A stretch of DNA of 64,000 bases from an uncultured Bacilli bacterium (GTDB lineage: Bacteria > Bacillota_I > Bacilli_A > RF39 > UBA660). Below the pieces are notes generated by a model. It saw only the letters and a program-made list of their open reading frames with translations, did not search any database and was not told the DNA's origin. The stretch is from the NCBI GenBank assembly GCA_947625625.1, contig CANQPC010000002.1, forward strand, positions 2,893-66,892, read 5' to 3'. This document shows positions 1 through 9,556 of the stretch, piece after piece (position 1 is the first letter of the stretch; each line of letters starts with the position of its first letter). Made by a program: the position numbers and the translations under genes.

Positions 1-1114
1 TATTACTATTATCAGATATCGTTTCAATTTTGTCAATTGTCTCTTCTAACTTGTTATAATCAATATTTGTCTCCCTTTTTTCAGTAATACTGTCTTCCTT
101 AACAGATGGTTTAATTATGTTTATCTTAGGAAGTACTTTCTCAGTTTCAAGAAAACTCATATTATTATCAGGTAAAGATGTTTGTTCTTGCTCTAATTTA
201 GATACTCTCGACTGATAATTACTCTCGTAAATTTTTTGAGGGTCAATTATTTCCGCATTTTCTTCTTCCATAGTCTGTTTATGATAATAAGTAACTGGCA
301 TAGTACCATTTAATATATCATCAAAAGTAACAGTACTTTTATCCTTTATAGTATCTTTTATAGTATTATTGATAATTAATGTATTGGCATTTTCATTTAT
401 CGAATTAGAAATAATTTCTGGCACGAAATCAGGTAAAGCATCTTTCTTTTCCACATTCGAATTATCAGTTTCAAGTACTGGTTCTTTCTGCTCCTGTGGT
501 ATGTTATTATCGACCGTATCTTGAACTTTTAATTCTTTCTTAATTCTTATTCTATCAGTTATCGCATTAGTGGTATATATAGTAATAACAGAAATAAGCC
601 ATAGAATAGCAAGATCCATATCTAACTCTAATACTACTACCAAATCTGTACTCGCATATAATGACGATATATCAAAGATGTTTATCTTATTCGAAGCTAT
701 TATATTTAAAATAATAGCAAATAAAATATTATTGAGAACAAACATGATACTATTGGCAACTTTATAACTTTTTCGAGTCTTTTTACTGACTATATTTATA
801 ATAAAGATAATATCTATAAGAAAAAGTAAAACAATATATACATAAATAGAAGGGAAATAAATATTACGGAAAAAGATAGTCGTAAAATTATCAAAAGTAT
901 CAATAAGAATATTATAGTTACTTACAATACTAATACCAAATAATAGAATAAATAAAATTACCATCAAACATGTATATCTTTTTCTACTTATTTTCTTAAA
1001 AGCATAAATAATCATAAGAATAATCATCAAAGAAGCAAATACTAAAACAACTTTAAAATTAGTAATTATGTTAAAAAGCATCTCTAATTTTTTTAGTAAT
1101 GATAAATAAGTCAT
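1..1114 (-). CDS. Multi-pass membrane protein with a long hydrophilic C-terminal region (partial; 3' end runs off the window)
   Basis: Manual minus-strand translation from the ATG at ~1114 (RBS AAAGGGGGA upstream) stays open to base 1. The N-terminus MTYLSLLKKLEMLFNIITNFKVVLVFASLMIILMIIY... has about 5 hydrophobic helices, followed by an N/D/E/K-rich tail. It is absent from the ORF track because the window edge truncates it. No family recognised. Confidence 0.6.
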   Translation of the reverse strand, partial: MTYLSLLKKLEMLFNIITNFKVVLVFASLMIILMIIYAFKKISRKRYTCLMVILFILLFGISIVSNYNILIDTFDNFTTIFFRNIYFPSIYVYIVLLFLIDIIFIINIVSKKTRKSYKVANSIMFVLNNILFAIILNIIASNKINIFDISSLYASTDLVVVLELDMDLAILWLISVITIYTTNAITDRIRIKKELKVQDTVDNNIPQEQKEPVLETDNSNVEKKDALPDFVPEIISNSINENANTLIINNTIKDTIKDKSTVTFDDILNGTMPVTYYHKQTMEEENAEIIDPQKIYESNYQSRVSKLEQEQTSLPDNNMSFLETEKVLPKINIIKPSVKEDSITEKRETNIDYNKLEETIDKIETISDNSN

Positions 1115-1136
1115 ATTTAATCCCCCTTTCATTTAA

Positions 1137-1772
1137 TTAATTAACACTAACAAGCTCTGAAATATAGACAGTTTGATGAGCTTCATCATCTTTAGTACAA
1201 GTAATTAACGTAAGAACTGTTTTTTCATTATTTCTTATTATTTTAACCATACCTGTTTTTGGTACGTCGTAAATGTTTACTATCTTATAAGTATATTTAG
1301 AATTATTATAGTAAATATTAATTGTATCTCCAACCTCTAAGATATAGAGATCCCTAAAATAACTATTATTGTAATTACCAGAATGTCCTGCGATAATTAA
1401 ATTGCCTTTATCAGTATCTGGGTAATTAGATTCTGGAAGAACATACAAGTTAAATTTAACATTATTTAAGTTAGAATCTTTACGATAAAATCCACGATAT
1501 AAGTTTATTTTAGGAATATCAATTACTCCTAAGTAATCCTCATAACTATAAATGTCATTTTTCTCTTCTTCTGGTTCTTCTCTTTCCTCGACTATTTCTT
1601 CATTTTGTTCTTCATGAACCACATCTTGCTCAAATGAAGATAAAGCAAGGTTCATTTCACTAAATACAACATCCCTTTTATCTTTTATATAATTAGAAAG
1701 CAAAGCGAGAGTACCACAAATTATCAGTATTACTCCCGCTGCTATCTGGCATTTAAAATTAATTTTCTTCAT
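1137..1772 (-). CDS. Sortase (transpeptidase)
   Basis: N-terminal membrane anchor, His motif LIIAGHSG, and catalytic Cys motif VLTLITC near the C-terminus. Overlaps the upstream surface-protein gene by 14 nt. Confidence 0.85.
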   Translation of the reverse strand: MKKINFKCQIAAGVILIICGTLALLSNYIKDKRDVVFSEMNLALSSFEQDVVHEEQNEEIVEEREEPEEEKNDIYSYEDYLGVIDIPKINLYRGFYRKDSNLNNVKFNLYVLPESNYPDTDKGNLIIAGHSGNYNNSYFRDLYILEVGDTINIYYNNSKYTYKIVNIYDVPKTGMVKIIRNNEKTVLTLITCTKDDEAHQTVYISELVSVN

Positions 1773-3330
1773 TCTTTTTATAATTCTTGTAGATTATTAT
1801 AGAGCCTAAACCTATAATAACTATTCCAATTAAGGATGCTGTAATAGTTTTAAATGAAGAAGTACCCGGAACTTTTATATATGTCTCTGGTTTGTTATAC
1901 ATGATAACTTTTCCATCGACAGTTCCATCTTCTTTAACTACAAATTCGACAGTCTCAGAAGTTAATTCGTATCCTTCTGGAGCTAATGTCTCTTTAAGGT
2001 AGTATTTACCTGGTTTTAAGCCTTTAACTTTATGAGGTTTCTCTCCAGATACCCAAGCTTCAATTAAATTGTTATCTTCGTCATATAATTCGAGATGTGC
2101 TCCTGGAAGTTCTTCCCCCGTAGTAGCATCTTGCTTGCTTATTGATACCTCAGGAACATCTGGTTTAAGTTCATTTTTCATAACTACTTTGACAGTAGTT
2201 TTTTCAGATGATAATTCAAACTCAATTGTCTCCGTACTTAAGATATAACCATCTGGGGCATAAACTTCAGTTAAATAATATTTACCAAAAGATAACCCTT
2301 TAATAATATGTGCTTCTGTACCAGATACCCAAGTCTCTATTACTTTGTCATAAGCATCTTTAAGAACTAATGTTGCTCCTGGAAGCTCTTTTCCAGTTGT
2401 TGCATCTACTTTACTAATTTCTACTTCGGTAGTCAAATCCATCTTTAAAGTAAGACTATCTTTTAATTCTTTCTCTTCAGGATATACAGTAGTAGTAGAT
2501 TGATATGCCGAACTAGAAGTTGGCGTATACAAATATGCTTTGTAAGTTACTCCTTTAGCACTTACATTAACTTTGAAGCTACTATTTAATTCTTTAATAC
2601 TCGATACTGGTATTTTAACTAAGAATGTTTCACTAGTTCCAAAGCTTGTCTTAGTATTTCCTTTACTATCGGTAACAATTGTACCACTTGGTGCATTCTC
2701 TAAACTTACTGAATATTTATTTCCAGATATGTTCCCAGTTACTTTAACACCAATACTAGAACTTACATAGTATTTTCCATCACTAGATAGCGTTAAACCT
2801 GTACTAGAACTGTTTATTTTTAGTGTTGGATTAGTTAGTGAGTAACCCTTAGCCCCATTGACTAATTTTGCTATTTCTTTGACAACGTCAGATGAACTTC
2901 CACGGTATGTTCCGTTGTTTAAATCAAAGTATGTGAAAGTTGAATCATTTGGCGAAATCAAATACCAAACAGCAAGTCCAGTAATAAAGTAATCCTTATC
3001 TTTATCACCAGTTATACTTTTAGTAGGATAACCATTTGCTAATACGTAAGCAAATTTAGCATCCATTTCTTTACTTAAAGTATATTTTTCTGTTCCATAA
3101 GAAGGCATTGAATCATGAATTTCCGTACAATAGATTACTTTTCCATCAGTTGTTACTTTATAAGTAAATCTTAATGTACTATTTTCTAGATACTTTGAAC
3201 CTTCCAAATAGTATAAATCCTTAGCTGCAATTGTATAACTATTAGGCGCTGAAGCCTTTGCCCTAGCGGTCATTCCAAACATTGTCGTAAATACTGCTAG
3301 TAAAATAAATAAAACTTTCTTTAATTTCAT
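1759..3330 (-). CDS. Cell-surface adhesin or pilin-like protein with two Cna-B/SpaA-type repeats and a C-terminal membrane-anchor/sorting region
   Basis: The likely start is MKLKKVLFILL (GGAGG RBS); the track ORF extends to 3372. It has a signal peptide and two tandem domains (ISKVDATTGKELPGATL...GKYYLTEVYAPDGY and ISKQDATTGEELPGAHL...GKYYLKETLAPEGY). The C-terminus is KVPGTSS plus a hydrophobic helix plus KNYKKNEEN. Confidence 0.8.
   Translation of the reverse strand: MKLKKVLFILLAVFTTMFGMTARAKASAPNSYTIAAKDLYYLEGSKYLENSTLRFTYKVTTDGKVIYCTEIHDSMPSYGTEKYTLSKEMDAKFAYVLANGYPTKSITGDKDKDYFITGLAVWYLISPNDSTFTYFDLNNGTYRGSSSDVVKEIAKLVNGAKGYSLTNPTLKINSSSTGLTLSSDGKYYVSSSIGVKVTGNISGNKYSVSLENAPSGTIVTDSKGNTKTSFGTSETFLVKIPVSSIKELNSSFKVNVSAKGVTYKAYLYTPTSSSAYQSTTTVYPEEKELKDSLTLKMDLTTEVEISKVDATTGKELPGATLVLKDAYDKVIETWVSGTEAHIIKGLSFGKYYLTEVYAPDGYILSTETIEFELSSEKTTVKVVMKNELKPDVPEVSISKQDATTGEELPGAHLELYDEDNNLIEAWVSGEKPHKVKGLKPGKYYLKETLAPEGYELTSETVEFVVKEDGTVDGKVIMYNKPETYIKVPGTSSFKTITASLIGIVIIGLGSIIIYKNYKKNEEN
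1925..2430 (-). repeat. Tandem duplication encoding two Cna-B/SpaA-like fold domains inside the adhesin gene
   Basis: Two units of about 80 codons share an obvious peptide pattern (D-A-T-T-G-x-E-L-P-G-A, WVSG, GKYYL-E, AP-GY, SETxEF). Boundaries are approximate. Confidence 0.6.
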
Positions 3331-3594
3331 AGTATATAACCTCCCCTGAAATACGAGTATATATATTAGCACTTTTGTCTAGTTTTGTCAATAGTCGCCA
3401 CTTTTTTAGCTAAAAATTCTCTTACTACTTTTATTAGAATACTAAAACTTAAAAAAAGAATAAATTTTTACTTTTTATTAAAAGTACAAGTTCATTAGTA
3501 GTCACTACTTTTTTATCTTTAAAATTTTAATTTATAAATATTAATATTTTATCTCTAAAAAATTATATTATTTAAAGTTTTAACCATAATAATT

Positions 3595-5055
3595 ATGAGG
3601 TGTAAGACGATGAACGATAAAATAATAGCCAAATTAAAGAAAGATAATAATAATAGTTCTTATGTCATATATCGCGAAAAATATATTAAAGGAATAAAGA
3701 TTAATATTATTTATAACGAGACACTTACCGATTCCGATAAACTATCTGACTTTATTTTTCGAAGCCTAGATCATATTGAAAAGATATATGATGAGAATGA
3801 ATTTTTATACGATACCATTAAAAATAATATCAGTAATATTAAAATTAAAGAGATAAAAGGCTACGACGACGTATGTAAATATTTAAATAACGGTTTTGTT
3901 ATTTTACTTATCGAAGATGATTACTCACTCGCTTTAGAAGTCCGCAAGAATCTATCTCGAAGTATCGATAAACCAATGTCAGAGACAACTTTAAGAGGTC
4001 CATTAGATGCTTTCAATGAAAATATTGAAACAAATATTGGCCTAATTAAAAGAAGAATTAAATCAAATAAACTCTGGAACACTGATATGGAAATTGGAAG
4101 ATATACAAAGACAAAAATTAGTATTTTGACAATTGATGGTATTACAGATACCAATATTAGAGATAAGATAATTGCCTCTCTAAATAAAATAGAAATTGAT
4201 AAGCTTACTGATTCTAGTACATTAAAATATTTAATTGCCGACGAAATGAAAACAATCTTTCCGACCATTATAACGACAGAAAGACCTGACAAAGTATGTG
4301 ATAGTCTCCTAAACGGAAGGACCGCTATCGTAGTAGATAATTGTCCCTTTGCTCTTATCATGCCCGTATTTATAAATGACTTCTTTGTTTCGGAAGACGA
4401 TAAAGATTCCCGAAGTATCAACAATAGTTTAACAAGATTTCTAAGATATATCGCCTTCTTTATTACCGTTATGACTCCGGGAATATACATTGCCATTACA
4501 ACTTTTAATCAAGAAATGCTCCCTTTAGAATTTCTTACTAGTTTCGCTTCTCAGCGGGCAAGTGTCCCTTTTCCAGCTTTTTTTGAAGCCCTTTTAATGT
4601 TACTATCATTTGAAATATTAAGAGAAAGTGATCTTCGTATTCCCAACGTTTCCAACTCGGCCCTGTCAATTGTCGGAGCCTTAATTCTCGGAGAAGCCGC
4701 TGTCAATGCCGGAATAGTTTCCCCGATAATGATTATTGTCGAAGCAGTAACTGCTATTAGTGCCCTTATTTTTATCGATACAGAATTTATTAATGCCATC
4801 AAATGGTATCGCCTATTTTTCATGATTGGAGCAACGACAATCGGAATGTTTGGCATATTTATCGTCTTTATTTTCTTCGTTATAAATCTTTGCTCTTTAA
4901 ATTCCTTTGGAACTCCTTACATGATTCCTTATACGCCAATTTCTCTAGCCGGGCTTAAAAATAGTGTCATCAAGTTCCCCGTTAAAAAAAGAACAAAGAG
5001 AATTAAATATTTAACCGATAATATTACAAGGGAGGTATTTCATGACAAAGATTAA
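3595..5055 (+). CDS. Spore germination protein, GerA family (A subunit)
   Basis: A soluble N-terminal half is followed by a 5-6 TM C-terminal half typical of GerAA/GerKA. It is followed by overlapping C- and B-type subunit genes. An alternative start at the ATG at ~3610 sits after GAGG. Confidence 0.85.
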   Translation: MRCKTMNDKIIAKLKKDNNNSSYVIYREKYIKGIKINIIYNETLTDSDKLSDFIFRSLDHIEKIYDENEFLYDTIKNNISNIKIKEIKGYDDVCKYLNNGFVILLIEDDYSLALEVRKNLSRSIDKPMSETTLRGPLDAFNENIETNIGLIKRRIKSNKLWNTDMEIGRYTKTKISILTIDGITDTNIRDKIIASLNKIEIDKLTDSSTLKYLIADEMKTIFPTIITTERPDKVCDSLLNGRTAIVVDNCPFALIMPVFINDFFVSEDDKDSRSINNSLTRFLRYIAFFITVMTPGIYIAITTFNQEMLPLEFLTSFASQRASVPFPAFFEALLMLLSFEILRESDLRIPNVSNSALSIVGALILGEAAVNAGIVSPIMIIVEAVTAISALIFIDTEFINAIKWYRLFFMIGATTIGMFGIFIVFIFFVINLCSLNSFGTPYMIPYTPISLAGLKNSVIKFPVKKRTKRIKYLTDNITREVFHDKD

Positions 5056-6235
5056 AATTTTATTAGTTCTTTCATTAACCACTCTACTTCTAAGCGGATG
5101 TTATAACTACAGAGAATTAAGTGACCTTGCCATTACGACCGCTATCAGTATTGACTATAATGAAGAAAACAAAAATTTCGAAGTTATCGCTCAAGTTATT
5201 AATCCTATCAAACAGCAGGACGTTTCTTCGAGTGGTGAACCTACTTTTATTAATTTCACTAGTAGTGCCCTCTCACTACAAGAAGCCTTTCGAACAATTA
5301 TCTTAGATTCCCCCAAACAGCTCTACGGCTCTCAATTACAAATTTTAATTTTAAGTAAGAGCGTTTTAGAAAACCATCTAGCTGATGTTATCGACTTTTT
5401 TTCGCGCGATCCAGAAATGCGCTCAGAATTTAGAATTGCTATAGCTAAAACTGATGAATCACTAGAAGGCATTTCATTGCAGACTGTTCTCGATAATTTA
5501 TCATCTTCAAATATTTTAGATTCTCTCGATAAACAAAGCGAAATATTAGGCTTATCAGTAAATCTCACTTTAAATGATCTTACTAATATGTACCTAAATC
5601 CTTACCTAGAAATTGTTTTACCATCTGTCTTTGTCGAAGGCAATATAAATGAAGGTGAAGAAAGAGAAAACGTTACTAATACAACACAAAAAGCAAAGAT
5701 AAAAATTGGTACAACTGGTATTTTCAAAGATAATAAATTATTAGGCTTTCTTTCTTTTGACGAATCTCGAGCTTTAAATTTAATTCGTGGCGACCTAGAA
5801 GATACAATAGTCAGATTAGATACAGAAAATGGTTACATTGTCTTTGAACCCAATAGAATTAAAACAAAAAAAGAAAGTGATGTCAAAAATAATAAAGTAA
5901 AAATAACCATCGATGGTTTTGCAAGAATAAAAGAAGTATCAGATCTTACTGATTTAACTTCCGTTAAAGAAATAGATAACTTAGAAAAAAAGCTCAACAA
6001 AAAAATCGAAGAAATGGTTCAAGATGCTTTTATAAATATTAGAGATAACTATAATACTGACGTCTTTGGTTTTCGAGATTCCTATTATAAAACAGATTAT
6101 AAATTATTTAAAGAGATAGATAAAAATTGGTATGACGATATATTTCCCCAATTAGAGATAGAAGTCACCTCAAAAATTAAACTTTATGAAAAAGGTAATA
6201 CTTTAGGAGGAATCGAATATGAAAGAGAAAATTAA
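5042..6235 (+). CDS. Spore germination lipoprotein, Ger(x)C family
   Basis: Lipobox LLLSGC at the N-terminus, about 400 aa. Overlaps the gerA-type gene by 14 nt and the permease gene by 17 nt. Confidence 0.8.
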   Translation: MTKIKILLVLSLTTLLLSGCYNYRELSDLAITTAISIDYNEENKNFEVIAQVINPIKQQDVSSSGEPTFINFTSSALSLQEAFRTIILDSPKQLYGSQLQILILSKSVLENHLADVIDFFSRDPEMRSEFRIAIAKTDESLEGISLQTVLDNLSSSNILDSLDKQSEILGLSVNLTLNDLTNMYLNPYLEIVLPSVFVEGNINEGEERENVTNTTQKAKIKIGTTGIFKDNKLLGFLSFDESRALNLIRGDLEDTIVRLDTENGYIVFEPNRIKTKKESDVKNNKVKITIDGFARIKEVSDLTDLTSVKEIDNLEKKLNKKIEEMVQDAFINIRDNYNTDVFGFRDSYYKTDYKLFKEIDKNWYDDIFPQLEIEVTSKIKLYEKGNTLGGIEYEREN

Positions 6236-7301
6236 TACTCTTCAGTTTTCTAGTACTTTTCTTTTATGTATTTTATCTTCGACTATCGGACTTAGTTTAT
6301 ATACGACTATTAAAATTGCCAGTATCGATACTTATATAAGTATTGCTATTGGCTCAGTAATGGGTATTATTCCCCTATTTATATTTTTATATATTTTTAA
6401 TTATGAAAAAGACTTGCCAATATACCAAAAAACAGTTTATATTTTTGGAAAGTTTTGGGGTAATATGATTAATATCATTACTACTCTTCTCTATTTCATA
6501 ATTGGTATGACTGTTCTATTTAACTTAAGTAACTTTATTGTCTCACAGTATTTATCAAATACTCCATTATTACTTATTTTAATAGTATTTGGAATAACTA
6601 TTTTACATGCCATAAATAAAGGATTTGAAACAATTACGAGAGTAAGTAGTATCTTCGTAGTAATTGCCGTCTTCTTCTTTCTCTTTAGCTTTATTTATTT
6701 ATTTAAAGAATTTAAATTCGATAATTTAAAACCAATCTTAGAATTTGGCATTCAAAAGCCCATTCTCGGAGGCTTCGTCAACATGCTAATATTTTTAGCT
6801 CCCATATACACGCTTCTTATCTTTCCCAAAAATAATATTGTCGATAAAGAAAAAATTAACAAATATATTTCTTTTAGCTATATAATAGGATTTATTATTC
6901 TCTTTCTCGTTTCTTTTTTATCAATTGGTATCCTTGGTAAATATCTAATAAACTTATACCAATATCCCGGTTATATATCATTAAAGAGAATTTCTCTATT
7001 TAAATTTGTCGACCGTATTGAAAACTTTCTTTCTATACATTGGATTTTATGTTCTTTTATTAATTTATCGATGATTTTTTACTATATAAAATGTAATATC
7101 ACAAAAGAAAAAAATAGTAAGATAATCAATTTAATATTATGCTTACTAGCTATCATTATATCGTATAAAGCTTTTGACAATAACACTAATTTTAATTATT
7201 ATACATATAAAATTTATCCTTATATTTTAGGAGCACTATTTACTATGTATCTTATTATCTATATTGGTGATATCATCAAGAAAAAAAAGAATAATATTTA
7301 A
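6219..7301 (+). CDS. Spore germination permease, GerAB/GerKB (APC-like) family
   Basis: 360 aa with about 10 hydrophobic helices. Third gene of the germinant-receptor operon. Confidence 0.8.
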   Translation: MKEKINTLQFSSTFLLCILSSTIGLSLYTTIKIASIDTYISIAIGSVMGIIPLFIFLYIFNYEKDLPIYQKTVYIFGKFWGNMINIITTLLYFIIGMTVLFNLSNFIVSQYLSNTPLLLILIVFGITILHAINKGFETITRVSSIFVVIAVFFFLFSFIYLFKEFKFDNLKPILEFGIQKPILGGFVNMLIFLAPIYTLLIFPKNNIVDKEKINKYISFSYIIGFIILFLVSFLSIGILGKYLINLYQYPGYISLKRISLFKFVDRIENFLSIHWILCSFINLSMIFYYIKCNITKEKNSKIINLILCLLAIIISYKAFDNNTNFNYYTYKIYPYILGALFTMYLIIYIGDIIKKKKNNI

Positions 7302-7366
7302 GGTATATTTATAAAAATAAGAAGCATAATATTAATGAGCAGATGATTAATTCTGCTTTACATATA

Positions 7367-7392
7367 AAGAGGCTTAATAGCCTCTCTTTTTG
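7367..7392 (+). terminator. Rho-independent terminator after the ger operon
   Basis: AGAGGC-ttaata-GCCTCT hairpin followed by a T-run. Confidence 0.7.
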
Positions 7393-7454
7393 TTTTAATA
7401 GCCCAGACATTATCTTCCCAAATACATAGTTTATTAATAGGGAGATGATAACAA

Positions 7455-8273
7455 ATGACACAATTCTTTTATAGTTTCAGTCCAGTTCTTCAAGCCTTTA
7501 TAGCCTGTTTATTTACCTATAGTGTCACCGCTATTGGGGCAGCCTTAGTTTTCCTATTTAAGAAAGTTAATAAGAATGTTCTAGATGCAATGTTAGGTTT
7601 TTCAGCGGGAGTAATGATAGCGGCTTCTTTTTGGTCTCTTCTAAATCCCGCTATCGAAATGGCAAATACTCTAAAGATGAATTCTTGGCTAATCGTTTTC
7701 TTAGGATTCTTTAGTGGCGGTGTCTTACTTTATATCGGCGATAAAATATTCGATTTTTTTGATAAAAAATTTTCCAAAAAAGAAATTAAGGAAAGAACAG
7801 AAAATAATAGTTTTAAAAGATGCCTAATGCTTATTCTTTCGATAACTCTCCATAATATTCCCGAAGGGCTTGCTGTCGGTGTAGCTTTCGGTTCAGTTAT
7901 CTATGGCTTAGATGGAGCCACGTTAGAAGCCGCAATCTTGCTAGCCCTCGGTATCGGTCTTCAAAACTTTCCCGAAGGAACAGCCGTTTCCGTACCACTT
8001 AGAAGGGAAGGATTATCACGTGGAAAATCCTTTTTCTACGGACAATTAAGTGGTATCGTAGAACCAATAGCGGGAGTCTTAGGAGCTCTTCTCGTCTTAA
8101 AAGTAAGATTACTACTCCCCTTCTTATTAAGTTTTGCAGCGGGAGCAATGATTTATGTCGTCGTTCAAGAACTTATTCCTGAAAGCCAAACTAATAAGAA
8201 GAAAGATCTCATGGCTCTCTTTACTTTGATTGGCTTTTCAGTTATGATGATTTTAGACGTTGCATTAGGATAA
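7455..8273 (+). CDS. ZIP-family divalent metal transporter (ZupT/GufA-like)
   Basis: Multi-TM protein with HNIPEGLAVG and QNFPEGTAVS motifs, which are characteristic of ZIP transporters. Confidence 0.8.
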   Translation: MTQFFYSFSPVLQAFIACLFTYSVTAIGAALVFLFKKVNKNVLDAMLGFSAGVMIAASFWSLLNPAIEMANTLKMNSWLIVFLGFFSGGVLLYIGDKIFDFFDKKFSKKEIKERTENNSFKRCLMLILSITLHNIPEGLAVGVAFGSVIYGLDGATLEAAILLALGIGLQNFPEGTAVSVPLRREGLSRGKSFFYGQLSGIVEPIAGVLGALLVLKVRLLLPFLLSFAAGAMIYVVVQELIPESQTNKKKDLMALFTLIGFSVMMILDVALG

Positions 8274-8300
8274 AATAGATAGAATTCTATCTATTTTTTT
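8274..8300. terminator. Bidirectional hairpin terminator between the convergent ZIP and KH/rpsP genes
   Basis: Palindrome AATAGATAGAATTCTATCTATT followed by T7 on the plus strand. Confidence 0.7.
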
Positions 8301-8330
8301 AGGTAAAAAAAATAGAACTAAGTAGTCCTA

Positions 8331-8582
8331 TTAATATGAGTCAACATTTATCTTGACAAGTTTATTTTCACCACTAAAGGAAGCAGCTTGAACGATAGTT
8401 CTAATCGCATTAATTGTCTTTCCTTCATGGCCTATTACTTTTGGCATATCTTCACTATTTACCATAACTTCAATTTGAATAGTATTATCATCATCTGACT
8501 CAAATTCTTTTACTGATACTGAATCGGAATCAAGAACAAGATTCTTAATAATTAATTCAGTTAAACTAACTAAATCTTTCAT
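8331..8582 (-). CDS. KH-domain RNA-binding protein (YlqC-like)
   Basis: 83 aa with VIGHEGKTINAIRTIV (GxxG KH motif). Lies directly downstream of rpsP, as in many Firmicutes. Confidence 0.8.
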   Translation of the reverse strand: MKDLVSLTELIIKNLVLDSDSVSVKEFESDDDNTIQIEVMVNSEDMPKVIGHEGKTINAIRTIVQAASFSGENKLVKINVDSY

Positions 8583-8854
8583 TACTTACCTTGTTTTGAA
8601 TTATGAAATTTTTCCATAATTCCAGCTTTACTAAATAAATTTTTAACAGTATCAGTAGGAATAGCTCCATCATTAAGCCACTTTAAAGCAGCTTCTTCAT
8701 CAATTTTTACTTCTGCTGGTGTTGTTAGAGGATTGTATGTTCCAACCTTTTCGATAAATCTTCCATCTCTTGGACTTCTAGAATCCGCTACAACGATACG
8801 GTAGAAAGGTGCTTTTTTAGCTCCCATTCTCTTAAGTCTTATTTTTACAGCCAT
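8582..8854 (-). CDS. rpsP: 30S ribosomal protein S16
   Basis: [41 protein letters not shown] is the canonical S16 N-terminus. Confidence 0.95.
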   Translation of the reverse strand: MAVKIRLKRMGAKKAPFYRIVVADSRSPRDGRFIEKVGTYNPLTTPAEVKIDEEAALKWLNDGAIPTDTVKNLFSKAGIMEKFHNSKQGK

Positions 8855-8888
8855 TATTTCTCCTCTCTTTCTGTTAACATTCTATCAT

Positions 8889-8928
8889 AAAAAAAATATA
8901 CTGTCAACCCATTCTTGTTACAGTATAT
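8889..8928 (-). terminator. Rho-independent terminator after the 8933..9556 gene
   Basis: ATATACTGT...ACAGTATAT 9-bp stem followed by T8 on the minus strand. Confidence 0.6.
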
Positions 8929-8932
8929 GTTA

Positions 8933-9556
8933 TTAAGCAGTAAAATTTGCCGTTATCGTAGAACCATTTATAGATTCAAAAGCTATTTTACCAGAAAATG
9001 TTTTAGCAAAATCTTCATTTTGACTATCATTTGTTTCAGTAAGCCAGATAACTAAATAATAAGTAATAGCACTAGTATCTATTGGAGCACTCACTAAACT
9101 ATTACCTTTTTTAAAATATACTTTTTCATTAAGTACTCTAGATAATGTCATAACATCGCTTACTTTGGTAAATGTCGAATCAAAAATTTGATATTTTAAA
9201 TTATCAGTTGTATAATCTGTCGAACTAGTCGATACATAGCCATTTAGTATTTGCGCATTTCCGCTATTTGTCAAAGTTATTTCATATAAACTACATACCT
9301 GATATCCTTTAGAATCAATACATTTATTAGATGCTTTCTTAATTGCATCATCAACTAAATCATCAGATAATGGTATCAATTGTTCTGCTTTATATATGGT
9401 ATTCATATTTAATTTAACATCGAAAGTAAAAGTCTCACCCGATATATCTTCTCCTTCGCTAGTAGCGGTAGCACTGAAGAATGCAAAAGATGTACCTGCT
9501 GTCGTAACAATTATAATCGCAACAACTATAAAAATCGAGCAAATAGCTTTTTTCAT
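8933..9556 (-). CDS. Secreted TasA/camelysin-like protein with a SipW-type N-terminal signal (paralog family member 6)
   Basis: N-terminus MKKAICSIFIVVAIIIVTTAGTSFAFFSATATSEGEDISGETFTFDVKL. It shares LIP, a Cys-x8-Cys loop (CIDSKGYQVC), YYLVIWL and a C-terminal GKIAFESINGSTITANFTA strand with the 33981-37069 family. Confidence 0.6.
   Translation of the reverse strand: MKKAICSIFIVVAIIIVTTAGTSFAFFSATATSEGEDISGETFTFDVKLNMNTIYKAEQLIPLSDDLVDDAIKKASNKCIDSKGYQVCSLYEITLTNSGNAQILNGYVSTSSTDYTTDNLKYQIFDSTFTKVSDVMTLSRVLNEKVYFKKGNSLVSAPIDTSAITYYLVIWLTETNDSQNEDFAKTFSGKIAFESINGSTITANFTA

Noticed and set aside
3921-4856. Minus-strand ORFs 3921..4496 and 4551..4856
   Set aside because: They lie entirely inside, and antisense to, the well-supported gerA-family gene. 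Spurious.
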